64,000 nucleotides of DNA, from positions 103,472-167,471 of IMG/VR virus record IMGVR_UViG_3300036770_005754. One strand, written 5' to 3'. Numbering within the stretch: position 1 is the first letter of the stretch; every line of letters starts with the position of its first letter. Below, one piece after another: positions 38,350 through 48,189 of the stretch. The translations under genes were made by a program, and so were the position numbers. The notes beneath the pieces are model-generated. The model was not told the DNA's origin. It saw nothing but the letters and a program-made list of their open reading frames with translations, and did not search any database. Source of the DNA: a virus.

Positions 38350-39060
38350 TTAATTTTGGACGAATATGGTTCGATGGTCTACCTCACTCGCGAAATCCTT
38401 CCACCTACACATTATGCAAGGCTCCAGATTTAGTGCTTTAATAACTGGCCTCTTATTAGAGGCGGATATATTGTGCTCGACAGCACCAATCCATTTATAC
38501 GCATCATATTTAATGTGTTGGAACCAACAACCACCGATATTTTCAGAGCCGGATTTCGGTCTCAATATTCCAAGCTCGAAGCACGCAGAGGGAACAGCGA
38601 CCCAGTCACGACTTGGGTGTGGTTTGAAAAATAACAGTGGCCATCTTTTTTCACCGATCTTGTCAGTCAATATCTGTGCGTCATAATTGACTTGATGCCA
38701 CCACTCAGTAAATTTCGCTTTGTGTGGGTTTGCAAATAGGCCATCTAAGCTGAAGTTCTCGCCCTTTTTAGATTCTATGGCGAAAATGACTTTTCCAGTT
38801 ACTGGGATTATGTCGGCGACACCCTCGACGACAGCAACGTCATCGCCTCTACCTTCAATTCTACGCCTCCTGAACTCGACGCCGGACCATTCCGTTAGTA
38901 AGCTTTTACAACGCCTTTCGTGATTTTTCGCGGTTGCTACGTTGCGTTTGCCCACCTTTGAAAAGGTCTCTTTTCTCTGTTTAATAATCTTTTCTACCAA
39001 CTGCTCTTTAGTTAGTAACGATAACTCTTGTCTAGTCTTTTCTGCCCAATTCTCGGTCAT
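38350..39060 (-). CDS. PD-(D/E)xK nuclease, Holliday-junction-resolvase-like
   Basis: HERR...L..W.G..F.R, VADII...FAIESKKG, WW.Q...DA, PLLFFK. Confidence 0.75.
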   Translation of the reverse strand: MTENWAEKTRQELSLLTKEQLVEKIIKQRKETFSKVGKRNVATAKNHERRCKSLLTEWSGVEFRRRRIEGRGDDVAVVEGVADIIPVTGKVIFAIESKKGENFSLDGLFANPHKAKFTEWWHQVNYDAQILTDKIGEKRWPLLFFKPHPSRDWVAVPSACFELGILRPKSGSENIGGCWFQHIKYDAYKWIGAVEHNISASNKRPVIKALNLEPCIMCRWKDFASEVDHRTIFVQN

Positions 39061-39824
39061 GTGTTCTTCTCATTAAATAACCATTGAACAAATCCTGTTC
39101 TAGCTTTGCCGTTACTTGGAGTTACGCTATGGTATGCTGGGCTCTTTTTAAAATCACATAGAAATACCCTATTATAGGTTGGGACTATTTGATCCACCAA
39201 AACCAAATCATGCCTCGCGTTGTCTGGAAAACCGCCGCCGGGCGTTCTAGTGGATATTCTCTTAGGTGTTCCATTATAGACTAAACAATCTAGTCTTCCA
39301 TTTGGGTTATCTATTTGCGGTGAAGAAGACGAAAGCTCTTCATCGACTCGCCATAATTGAAGCAAACCACCATCGCGGGCCTTCCAGCCCTTATTAAAGT
39401 ACGATATTATCACCATGTCTCTTAATACTGAGTCAGTGTGGATCCAAAAACCATCGGCATTCGGCCTGTGGTATCTCAATTTTATCTCTGTTCCGGCCGG
39501 CGATCGTAAAGGAGTGCCAGTCAGATATGCGCAATACCTATGCCATTCGTGATCAAAGAACAAATCAGCACCAAAATCATCCCTTTGGGCGAATTTAACA
39601 GCTCCATCGTAGGGTAGAACTTTACCATCTCTGACCCTGTCTTGTTCAACACTGAAACTCAGATTATGGTGTGCTTTTATTAATTCATTCAATTTGTTCT
39701 CATTAAAGAAATTATCTAGGACAGCGTATTTTATGATCGGTTTGGCCTCTATGGATTCTTTGATATCGCGAACAGTTCTGTCTGCCAAGTATATTGGATT
39801 AATCCATTCGTCTATTGCAGCCAT
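39057..39824 (-). CDS. 2OG-Fe(II) oxygenase (prolyl-hydroxylase-like)
   Basis: V.DNFF, HTD iron motif, Y.N..W...DGG.L.LW, P.YNR..., YHSV.P, final Arg. Confidence 0.85.
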   Translation of the reverse strand: MAAIDEWINPIYLADRTVRDIKESIEAKPIIKYAVLDNFFNENKLNELIKAHHNLSFSVEQDRVRDGKVLPYDGAVKFAQRDDFGADLFFDHEWHRYCAYLTGTPLRSPAGTEIKLRYHRPNADGFWIHTDSVLRDMVIISYFNKGWKARDGGLLQLWRVDEELSSSSPQIDNPNGRLDCLVYNGTPKRISTRTPGGGFPDNARHDLVLVDQIVPTYNRVFLCDFKKSPAYHSVTPSNGKARTGFVQWLFNEKNT

Positions 39825-40509
39825 CGAATTTCACCGCATCTTTCCAATTTGTAATATGAGTATCGACTTTGTCGCCAGCTGGTTTTTTACCGGTCATATA
39901 ATCGAAATCTTTCACATATTCTTTTCTTGATCTCTTAACTTGCCATTCGTTAAAACCATCTGGATATCCATCATACAATTCACCATGGGCATGGCCAGCT
40001 GAGCCATGATATAGAAACATGTGAGCTATTGGTTGACCCATTTGGATTGTGAATTCACCGGGCTGATTTAGCATGTATACCAGGCCAAAGTTACCGACAT
40101 TCCACCATGCTTCTATCACAGCTTCCATACATGAATACTGTAAACCTCTGAGATTTGGGATGCCTTTGATGTATACGAAATCGCCTGGGTCATCAGTAAC
40201 TGGTACGAACTTCGCTTGAACTGTAAAACTACCAAACGCAGCATGATTGTCTACTTCGTAGTGCGATGAGCGTTTGATATGTTCAATTTCTGCTCTACTA
40301 TTGGTGTCACCGTTCCAGGTTACTTTAAATGTGCCGGGTGATAATATATAAAAGCCTAAGCTGTTTGCCATCGACAATGGCAGACAATGCCTAGCGTGAT
40401 TGTGGGTGGCATAATTATCCTCCCACCATTCTCGATGCCGAACGGCTGGTACTGGAACTAAATCTTTATCGAAATCGTTATGTAGAAATACTTTAATTCG
40501 ATTGCCCAT
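39799..40509 (-). CDS. DUF6065-like protein (dUTPase-like beta fold)
   Basis: R.WW, A.HCLPL..AN..G..I..P, G.PN, G.PIA motifs; overlaps the oxygenase gene. Confidence 0.65.
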   Translation of the reverse strand: MGNRIKVFLHNDFDKDLVPVPAVRHREWWEDNYATHNHARHCLPLSMANSLGFYILSPGTFKVTWNGDTNSRAEIEHIKRSSHYEVDNHAAFGSFTVQAKFVPVTDDPGDFVYIKGIPNLRGLQYSCMEAVIEAWWNVGNFGLVYMLNQPGEFTIQMGQPIAHMFLYHGSAGHAHGELYDGYPDGFNEWQVKRSRKEYVKDFDYMTGKKPAGDKVDTHITNWKDAVKFDGCNRRMD

Positions 40510-40787
40510 TATTGAAATCCGCCGCTCGCTGTCCTGAGATATGTTATGATTGTCGTCTGGTCCATGTACTGTAGTACGTAATTGCTTGCGGCTTCCGCTT
40601 CTATATAGGCTTTAACAGGTGGATTATTGGCTGTATTCGGAATTGCTGCATCCACCAAGACTCTGTGTTCCATCGAGGTGGATAGGTGTTGTCTTAATGT
40701 AATATTCGGATCATCTTTTTTAATTATGTTCCCAAGATGATCTACGTTAAGGACTGCGACTCTTGCGATGTGAACGCCTATGGCCAT
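40509..40787 (-). CDS. Hypothetical protein
   Basis: 92-aa ORF with an AGGAG RBS. Confidence 0.7.
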   Translation of the reverse strand: MAIGVHIARVAVLNVDHLGNIIKKDDPNITLRQHLSTSMEHRVLVDAAIPNTANNPPVKAYIEAEAASNYVLQYMDQTTIITYLRTASGGFQ

Positions 40788-40799
40788 AATATTCTCCTA

Positions 40800-41552
40800 T
40801 TAACAGATTAAGTGATCGAATTTCAAACGCCGAAGTTCAGCTACGAGCTTGTGATAATTAGTTACTCTGTCTCTCATGGAGTCTGGGTTTTGCTTTTGAA
40901 GCTTCGTTGCGACAGTATATGTTGTACCAGTCAGCCATGGTAATATTGCCTCTACTGCTGTTATATCGTTTTTGAACTTTTCATATGTTATTCTCTTCCT
41001 GTCTAAGTCTTTTGATCGTTCCATCAAGTATCTTCGTTCATCTCTGATTCTTTTGAGGTTTTCGCGTAGCGTATCGATTGGTACGTGCACTTTAGCGGTC
41101 TTCGGCACTGAGTCCCATACTGCACATTGTCTCGTCTTCTGCACTATCAGATCTGATATATACTGCATCGCGATATTGTCTCTGAACACTAGCAGAACTT
41201 TGACCCCGTTGTCCTTGAGATATTCCCAAAAGTTTTCTTCTTCGTTTAAACCGATTATTTGATGGGCCATTATTTTGAATCCTGCGGCAACGTTTGCGAC
41301 TTTATTGGTGCTGTTCCATGCTGCTGGTAGTGGCTTTGCGTTGAATAATGCGTCTAGTACTGATATTATATTATTTTGAATCAGGTGTTCTGGTACTAAC
41401 CCACGTGATCCGCTTATTGGTTGCATGTGGTGGTTGTGAGTGGACGGGTTTATCGGCTCCACCATACATCTAACGCCTTTGCCACTGGCTATGAGAGATG
41501 ATATCAGTGTTGAACCAGTGCGTGGTTGTGATAATATTACGAATTTGTTCAT
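40800..41552 (-). CDS. Sulfotransferase (Stf0-like)
   Basis: FVILS.PRTGST.., GFKIM, R.N...QY.S, ITYE, KQ....RD.V.NY. Confidence 0.85.
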   Translation of the reverse strand: MNKFVILSQPRTGSTLISSLIASGKGVRCMVEPINPSTHNHHMQPISGSRGLVPEHLIQNNIISVLDALFNAKPLPAAWNSTNKVANVAAGFKIMAHQIIGLNEEENFWEYLKDNGVKVLLVFRDNIAMQYISDLIVQKTRQCAVWDSVPKTAKVHVPIDTLRENLKRIRDERRYLMERSKDLDRKRITYEKFKNDITAVEAILPWLTGTTYTVATKLQKQNPDSMRDRVTNYHKLVAELRRLKFDHLIC

Positions 41553-42382
41553 TTTAGATGCTCGAACGGTGGTATTAGATCGTTATATTCTTGCATTAGT
41601 CCGTTAACTTTATGTTTTAGTATAAGCTCTCTTATATCTTTTGTGGAGAATGTCGTGCTGCTAGATAATCTCTTATGAATATACATCCTGTTCTGCAACA
41701 ATTTAGGACACAATGACAGATCTATGAGTAATAGATTTCTATGAAATATGTCTGAGCCATTATTATCTAGAAATTCTTTGAGAGCAACATGACTTTCTAA
41801 TAATACTTGGCTCTTTTTGGGCCCTATACCATTGTATCCGTCGATCATGTCTGATCTGTCGCCTATTATTGCTTTTTGGACTGCCGGGTTGATCTTTGGG
41901 ACTTCGACGGTTATCTTCTTACCTGGGTCGTATTGTTTCGATGATGAGAAGTAGAATGGTATCTGGATCATGTCGCTGTCTGATGAAATTATTATCGATT
42001 CTTGTGGGTGTATCGCTGATGTTGCGGCGTATATTAAGTCGTCTGCTTCCATCTCTTTTTTCAAATATTGCCTTACGTTCATATATGTGAAGAACTCTTG
42101 CGCCACGTCTGTCAATGATTTTAGTTCTTCAGATATGTCAGATTGCTGGTTTAGCGGCCTGTTTTTATAAGTTTTAAGTATTTTGCGACGCCATACGGTA
42201 TTTCGGGGGGCGTCCCAAAATATGTGTATTGAAGATGGGTTAAATAAGTTCATCCATCTTGTCAGCTGTCTTAACAATATAGTGAAGCAATGATATTTTG
42301 ATTCACTCCTATCAGATTTCATTGCCCATATTGATCGGTATATTGCGTTTCTGGCATCGATGAGTAAGTGGGTGCCGGACAT
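41549..42382 (-). CDS. 5'-3' exonuclease / T4 RNase H-like flap nuclease
   Basis: LLID, WD....WR....YK..R, EADD, SSDSD..Q, GD.SD.I.G..GIG.K. Confidence 0.92.
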   Translation of the reverse strand: MSGTHLLIDARNAIYRSIWAMKSDRSESKYHCFTILLRQLTRWMNLFNPSSIHIFWDAPRNTVWRRKILKTYKNRPLNQQSDISEELKSLTDVAQEFFTYMNVRQYLKKEMEADDLIYAATSAIHPQESIIISSDSDMIQIPFYFSSSKQYDPGKKITVEVPKINPAVQKAIIGDRSDMIDGYNGIGPKKSQVLLESHVALKEFLDNNGSDIFHRNLLLIDLSLCPKLLQNRMYIHKRLSSSTTFSTKDIRELILKHKVNGLMQEYNDLIPPFEHLK

Positions 42383-42392
42383 TTTTTGCCTT

Positions 42393-42423
42393 ATAAAGAA
42401 ACGGGGCCTAAATAGGCCCCGTT
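42393..42423 (-). terminator. Terminator hairpin after the SSB gene
   Basis: AACGGGGCCT-ATTT-AGGCCCCGTT followed by TCTTTAT on the minus strand. Confidence 0.6.
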
Positions 42424-42448
42424 CGTGGTTTATAGTTCGTTATTATGT

Positions 42449-43558
42449 TCAGTCATCCAGTTGGCTGAGGAGTTCGTTGATGTTATCATCATCGTCGTCG
42501 TCAACCACAGGCTTTGTGACTGTTTTCGATGGTTTTTCTGTGGTTCTAGCGGGCTTGGTTTCGCCATCATCGAGGGGCATTTCGTCGTCAAGTACGCTAG
42601 AACGCTTCGACGGTTTTTCCTCTCTTACGGTTTCTTGCTGACGATTCTTCAATCGCTGAGCTGCGTTTGGCTTAAGCTGCTCATCATCGTCATCATCGTA
42701 ATTCCTCGCTTGCGGTTTCTTATCTGGCTTCTTGGTCTCGTCTTTGTCGAAGCCACCGTCACTATCGTCGTCACCATCAACGACCGCACTATAAATCTTG
42801 TCGATCTCTTTGAGGTCCGGGGTTCGCACCTTATCCCAAAGATTATGTCTAGACCATAATAACTTGGCGATCTTTGCTTCGTCTGGATCGCCGTCTTCAT
42901 TTCTAATCATCGGGACCGGGGTACCATTATTGGTGATGAACTTACTAGTCTTGTAGCTGTTTTGTTTGCCAGCTTTCAAAACTTGGAGTTCATAAACAAA
43001 TGCGGCATTTTCATCGAAGAAAATTCCATGGACTTGTGGGTCCTCCGGATCTCCAGCGTCGTCTCTCATTAGAGCCGCGGTCCATTGGTCTATTAGCGTT
43101 TTCGAGGCGTTGTAGAATTTAACTGTCCCTCGGAGTGCTTCTGGATTTCCTTGCCAGTTTGTAAAGTAGATGTTAACCATATGGTATGTGGTTGGCATCC
43201 ATTCTTTTACAATCTTGCGGCGCTTCTCTTCGTCTTTATTGCCCTCTTCTTTCAACAGATCGAATCCAAAGTTGCATAGTTTGCACTTAGACCCATCCCA
43301 GACACGCGGGCAAGCGTGTGGCTGGTCTTTGATCCAGTGGTTGGCATGAGGTATGAAAAAGTTTTCCATACCTCTATTGACGACACCGGATTTTAGATTG
43401 TCACCCTTGTACAGCGGTGGTAGAATGAAGAACCTATACTTAATCGGTTCTTTGTCACTCTGCGCTTTTTCTGGTTTAAATTCGTCTGGGTCGCTATGCT
43501 TGCCAGACATCGTTTGCTTCAGTTTTTGGCGAATTGCGGCTACATCGTACTTGGACAT
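42449..43558 (-). CDS. Single-stranded DNA-binding protein, T4 gp32-like
   Basis: RFFILPP, H...CP.....C..C zinc site, long acidic C-terminus ending DDDDDNINELLSQLDD. Confidence 0.85.
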   Translation of the reverse strand: MSKYDVAAIRQKLKQTMSGKHSDPDEFKPEKAQSDKEPIKYRFFILPPLYKGDNLKSGVVNRGMENFFIPHANHWIKDQPHACPRVWDGSKCKLCNFGFDLLKEEGNKDEEKRRKIVKEWMPTTYHMVNIYFTNWQGNPEALRGTVKFYNASKTLIDQWTAALMRDDAGDPEDPQVHGIFFDENAAFVYELQVLKAGKQNSYKTSKFITNNGTPVPMIRNEDGDPDEAKIAKLLWSRHNLWDKVRTPDLKEIDKIYSAVVDGDDDSDGGFDKDETKKPDKKPQARNYDDDDDEQLKPNAAQRLKNRQQETVREEKPSKRSSVLDDEMPLDDGETKPARTTEKPSKTVTKPVVDDDDDDNINELLSQLDD

Positions 43559-43584
43559 GTTTTCCCCAGTGTTAACATCAAAAA

Positions 43585-44121
43585 TTAGTTGGTTTTGTCA
43601 AATTCGGCTTTTTTGAGGCCCATCAAAGATCTGCATATTTCATGCTTCATTTCGACGGCCCTGAGCATGTGCCAGATCTTGCCAGCGACCATTTGTGCTT
43701 TGGCTAGCCGAAGATCTGCGTCCGTCAGGTTTTTGTCTTGCTCTACTATCACTTTAAGTTGCTCTACGCTTATCTTGACGCCATTATCAGATGCCTCCTT
43801 CTGGACGAATTGTGTTGCTTTACCACGACGGACTTTCAAATTTCGTTCAGCAACGGCGACAGCTAAACGCAATTCTGAATAGACCGAAGACCAAAACATA
43901 TATTGTGCAGGAATGTCCTGCATCTGCTCTTCAAGAACTTCCATCTCGATTTCTAAATCATTTAGAACATCTACAGTAATCTTCTTCTTTTTAGTCGGGT
44001 CTTCAGGATCTGCGACCTGGAGTGTAACATCGAATCTGAATAAGGACGAAGAAGTCAATTCTTCTGGGACATTGTGCTCTATCCACTTTGGAAGGGATCG
44101 ATAGTCTTCTTCATTATTCAT
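43585..44121 (-). CDS. uvsY: Recombination mediator, UvsY-like
   Basis: Helical L.I....L....P..Y..W pattern, immediately upstream of the SSB gene. Confidence 0.6.
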   Translation of the reverse strand: MNNEEDYRSLPKWIEHNVPEELTSSSLFRFDVTLQVADPEDPTKKKKITVDVLNDLEIEMEVLEEQMQDIPAQYMFWSSVYSELRLAVAVAERNLKVRRGKATQFVQKEASDNGVKISVEQLKVIVEQDKNLTDADLRLAKAQMVAGKIWHMLRAVEMKHEICRSLMGLKKAEFDKTN

Positions 44122-44405
44122 TATTCGACCACTCTCTCAGGTTTCCATGCATCTCGATTGAAAATGGTAGTAGTCGACCCAACTGTTGCAACTGGCCTAG
44201 CTTTATTTAATACATCTTTTGATTTCTCCGATATAGTATCATCAACGAACCTATTGAAACCGGAGCTATCAGAATTCGCGTAGCCAGCATTATCACTAGT
44301 CTGAATGTGTTGGCGGCGCTTCTTGTGAAGCCTCTTCTTTGCTTTGACGGAAGCCTTCTTCCTGATCTTCTGTCTGATTTTTTCTTGCTGTTGTTTCTTT
44401 GACAT
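44121..44405 (-). CDS. Small basic protein
   Basis: 94-aa Lys-rich ORF overlapping the polymerase 3' end. Confidence 0.55.
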   Translation of the reverse strand: MSKKQQQEKIRQKIRKKASVKAKKRLHKKRRQHIQTSDNAGYANSDSSGFNRFVDDTISEKSKDVLNKARPVATVGSTTTIFNRDAWKPERVVE

Positions 44406-45609
44406 TCACAAAGCCCTTTTCTCTATATATCCTATAAAGTTTCCATTTCTTCCATCTCTTACCAATACTGACCTGCAATGGGAAAGCAGGGTTATAATCC
44501 AAAACGCCGGAAAACGGGTGAAGCATTATCGGTGCTATTATCTCAATAATAGCTTTCACATCATCAGGCGAACACGAGACAACCAAACAGTCATGTATCT
44601 CGGTAATCAACTTGTTTGGGACTCTGTCCCAAATCCTTCTCAGTACTAATTGCATTGCGTGTGCTACAGAACCCTGCATTATACCATTTAGAACAGCCAA
44701 CTCATTTTTAGCCTGTGACAATCTGAAACTGCGATTAAGTATCGTCTTTAAAGGTTTCCCTTCGCTGGCTATCCCCTTGCACCTATGAATCCATTTACCT
44801 AATCGCTTGTATACGCCAGACAAGGCAACACTATTGAAATCCATTGAGTTTATGGACTTCAATAAATACTTTTTACATTCTTCTCGGTCGATGACCTCAT
44901 CTGATTTGTTGCTGCTATTCAACTCATTCATTAACTTTGTGTATGGGTCGGAATCTTCGAATGCTTGTTGTAATTCTAAATCCTGAGATATTATTGATGC
45001 TACACGAATATCAGCACATATCCAGTCGAAGTGGATCATTACATCATGTTCTTGCCCGCCTTGTGGCGTCACATGATAATCCTCAGAAAGACCTTGTATA
45101 TTGAACCCTACCGACTTACTTCTACCGGAAAATGTTTTCTGTGACCATTTAGGTTGGACGGGATGATGATTTATCAGCAGGCCGATATCTTCAAGATCTT
45201 GGTAAACGACAGCGGCTTGTGCGAATATTTTCTGATATTCTTGGATTTCCACTGTGCTTAATTTTTCTAAAATTCTGCGAATTTTAGAATGATCCGCTTC
45301 TGGATCGACCGACGGTTTAAGGTCGCCAAGGTGCATGTCATATACATTCCATTCTCTATGGTCTCTTGGCAAATTATATGCTAATATGTGCGATTTGAAA
45401 TCGGATGTAATAATTTTCCGTCTTTTCGAGTTCGCCTTTATTATTATGTCTCTTATTGCTTTTTTAGTAGTATCAATTTTTTTAATGGTTTTACCAGCAC
45501 CTGGCCTGTATAAATCACACACTCTAATAATATCGCCATCTTTAATCCCAGTACAACGGGGCCGCCCAGTTTTATTATCGAATATTGTGTAAATGCATAG
45601 ACTGCTCAT
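44296..45609 (-). CDS. Short family-A DNA polymerase-like protein
   Basis: SGRS...NIQ, motif A FDWICADIRVA, motif B R..CK, N..MQGS.A, motif C EIHDCLV, FPL.VSIG..W; no recognisable exonuclease domain. Confidence 0.8.
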   Translation of the reverse strand: MSSLCIYTIFDNKTGRPRCTGIKDGDIIRVCDLYRPGAGKTIKKIDTTKKAIRDIIIKANSKRRKIITSDFKSHILAYNLPRDHREWNVYDMHLGDLKPSVDPEADHSKIRRILEKLSTVEIQEYQKIFAQAAVVYQDLEDIGLLINHHPVQPKWSQKTFSGRSKSVGFNIQGLSEDYHVTPQGGQEHDVMIHFDWICADIRVASIISQDLELQQAFEDSDPYTKLMNELNSSNKSDEVIDREECKKYLLKSINSMDFNSVALSGVYKRLGKWIHRCKGIASEGKPLKTILNRSFRLSQAKNELAVLNGIMQGSVAHAMQLVLRRIWDRVPNKLITEIHDCLVVSCSPDDVKAIIEIIAPIMLHPFSGVLDYNPAFPLQVSIGKRWKKWKLYRIYREKGFVNVKETTARKNQTEDQEEGFRQSKEEASQEAPPTHSD

Positions 45610-45710
45610 CGTCTAATTCAATACATGAAGATAATTTGTCTCGGAACGGACATAAAAATGTAGTAAGTATGAGAACTACAAAATTACATATATTCAACAT
45701 GGAAAAGTTT

Positions 45711-46178
45711 CTAATGTGAAGTAGCTTTCTTTACAGCATCTTCCATAACTTTGTTAGATGTAAAATACTTGGTCTTAGGATTATGCCTACCTTCGCTCTT
45801 CAATTTTTTATCAAGATAATCGACCTCACCAGGCACTCTGTACTTCGCATATGGATCATTGTTAGCTAAAGTATGGCGGTGCATATCACGTTTGACACCA
45901 GCACGATCCAACCAGCCGTACCCCCTGACCCAACCGTGAGTTTGAGAACCATACATTGTCTTAGTACAGTCATGGCTACCGCACCTTGGGCATTCTGTAG
46001 CACGATGCAGTTCTTCTTTGGTCGGATTAACGGAATGAGTCGTCTCAAATAATACGAGAGACTCATATAAATCCTTCGGCAAATACTGATCGCCCTGTGG
46101 GTCGACTCGCAAATCAGAAACATGTTTTTTATGTGCTTCTGATTTACAAGTGTTACATTCGTAGTTATAGTTCGCCAT
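45711..46178 (-). CDS. FmdB-like zinc-ribbon protein
   Basis: MANYNYEC..C ... CPRCGS. Confidence 0.7.
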   Translation of the reverse strand: MANYNYECNTCKSEAHKKHVSDLRVDPQGDQYLPKDLYESLVLFETTHSVNPTKEELHRATECPRCGSHDCTKTMYGSQTHGWVRGYGWLDRAGVKRDMHRHTLANNDPYAKYRVPGEVDYLDKKLKSEGRHNPKTKYFTSNKVMEDAVKKATSH

Positions 46179-46627
46179 TATACACCACATATTTCAAATT
46201 GAATTTTATTTGGCAGTTTGCACAAGATATTTCGTTCTGATAAAATGACCACCTTTTTATCAGCGTATGAGCCGCTATTCGCGTGAATAGTCGCGACGAT
46301 GTTTTTCGCACCAAACATCACATAATCGCCAACATTAACGCATGGTTTTAAGCGGCCACCAGCTCCATCTGCAACCCCTGGTCCAACGCCTACTACTAGA
46401 CCTTCATTTCGATACCTCTCTTCTGAATCACTGAGTGCTAAGAATGTTTCTAGTTCGGATTGTAGGACCGCCACGAAATCATTGGTGCACTCAACAGGTC
46501 GAATCTGTAATATCGGTTTATCAGACGCCGCTGGTGGAGCCGCCGACTTTACTGCTGCGGCTCGTGTTTGTTCTTCTCTTCCAGCATTTTCTGATTGCAG
46601 CAGGACGCTAGTCTTCGGAATTGTCAT
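46178..46627 (-). CDS. groES: Co-chaperonin GroES-like
   Basis: D.VAV...G.VVGVGPG....G......V.VGD.VMF...ILSE..IL. Confidence 0.8.
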   Translation of the reverse strand: MTIPKTSVLLQSENAGREEQTRAAAVKSAAPPAASDKPILQIRPVECTNDFVAVLQSELETFLALSDSEERYRNEGLVVGVGPGVADGAGGRLKPCVNVGDYVMFGAKNIVATIHANSGSYADKKVVILSERNILCKLPNKIQFEICGV

Positions 46628-46644
46628 TTCTATCTCAATCCTAA

Positions 46645-46848
46645 TTAATCGACCTTATGTGATTCTGGTTTTTCCAAGTTATCCAGATCTATATACGAAA
46701 CAGATGTCTTTCTCTTAGGTATGGCCGGCGAGTTTCCGACCTTGACTTGCATGGCAGAGCCATCTGGACACACAGAGAAGCCACTTCTACGCATCGTGTC
46801 TGCGATTGTTTGTGAGACTTCGACATCTATCATCACTCTGAATTTCAT
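46645..46848 (-). CDS. Hypothetical protein
   Basis: 67-aa ORF with an ATGA overlap onto the helicase stop. Confidence 0.55.
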   Translation of the reverse strand: MKFRVMIDVEVSQTIADTMRRSGFSVCPDGSAMQVKVGNSPAIPKRKTSVSYIDLDNLEKPESHKVD

Positions 46849-48188
46849 AATAATTCCCTCACTTGCATTTTGTTATATTCAATTTCACATTCGATTTGTT
46901 CGTGCTTTGGACCGTTGCGATTTTTGGCTATGAAGAATCTAATTCTAGGGTGGGGTGTTGCTTTTCGATCACTGTCACTCTGGTTAAGGCTAACCACATA
47001 GTCTAACGAGAATTGTTTAGCAAAGCTCTCGGCGACCTTATTAAGATCAGCCAACTCATCGCCCATGGCACCGCTTCGGTTTGTCTGAGTAGCAGTGAAC
47101 ACTAACACATTTTCATTTTTGGCTAGACCCCTGATTTCATTAGCGACATGCTTTTGTCTGTCGTAATCTTTCTTGTTATACTCGGCTACTCTACTAACCA
47201 TCAGGTCCATATAATCCAATATTATAACGTCTGGTTTCCAGCCTTTTGTTCTCTTTAGAGTATCAAGCAATGCATAGATATGATTGACACTGCATTCGTC
47301 CGGGGGCCACTCATAAATAGCGAATTTTTTCTTATAAGTCCTCTCCATAGTCCTTATCGACCTACGAATATATTCCTGTTTCTCGACAATGTCATCTAAT
47401 GGAACGCCTGTTGCAGCACCTAGGCATCGCATCGCTGTCTTAATACTATCAAGCTCAAAAGTGATCAGTAGGACGTCTTGCCCAATCTCGCCACCATTTG
47501 TTTCACCGCGTAACGAAGATATAGCATTATTGCACAACAATATGCTCTTACCCACATTCGTGCCAGCTAACCAGCAGACTACCTCTTTCTTAGAAGGCCC
47601 GCCATTATTAAGGAATCTGTCTAACTTTGGGAAGCCCGTAGTACGGTGGTCAATAACATCTGGTTGGAACAATATTTCCAGATTCTCAAAAAACCAGAAG
47701 CCACCTTCTGACACGTCAGCTATTCTATTCGCATTGTTTACTAACTCTTCGAGATATGTGTAATCACCATTTCTGTAAGCATCTATGGCCTCGTCGCTAT
47801 ACAATAATCCGTATTGTCTGTCTCTGGCCCATTTTAAAAGCGTGTCTTTAATTAATGGTATTTCACGAGGGTTAGATTTCCTCCTGACTAATCTTATGAC
47901 CTCCTCATGCGGGTCATCTTCTGTTAGCTTCGACGTAATCCTGTCATATAATATGTCTCTTGTAGGAATGACCTTAAATTCTTCGAACATATTTAGAATC
48001 TCAGCTATAACCCATTGAGATTCTAATCGTCGAAACATCGTCGGTTTGATAAACCCACAGACCGCAGTGAAGAACTGTGGGTGATCTAAAGATAGCGATA
48101 TTATCGCTTCTTCCTCAAAAGCCCCGAACGGATGTTTAATTGGGTCTTTGTTATCTTCTTCGCTCAACTTATCGAGAGTATTAGGCAT
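46845..48188 (-). CDS. Replicative helicase, T4 gp41/DnaB-like
   Basis: TTGF..LD....GG, Walker A AGTNVGKS, ITFE, ILDYMDLM, TATQTNR, AES, KNRNG. Confidence 0.95.
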   Translation of the reverse strand: MPNTLDKLSEEDNKDPIKHPFGAFEEEAIISLSLDHPQFFTAVCGFIKPTMFRRLESQWVIAEILNMFEEFKVIPTRDILYDRITSKLTEDDPHEEVIRLVRRKSNPREIPLIKDTLLKWARDRQYGLLYSDEAIDAYRNGDYTYLEELVNNANRIADVSEGGFWFFENLEILFQPDVIDHRTTGFPKLDRFLNNGGPSKKEVVCWLAGTNVGKSILLCNNAISSLRGETNGGEIGQDVLLITFELDSIKTAMRCLGAATGVPLDDIVEKQEYIRRSIRTMERTYKKKFAIYEWPPDECSVNHIYALLDTLKRTKGWKPDVIILDYMDLMVSRVAEYNKKDYDRQKHVANEIRGLAKNENVLVFTATQTNRSGAMGDELADLNKVAESFAKQFSLDYVVSLNQSDSDRKATPHPRIRFFIAKNRNGPKHEQIECEIEYNKMQVRELL

Positions 48189-48189
48189 A

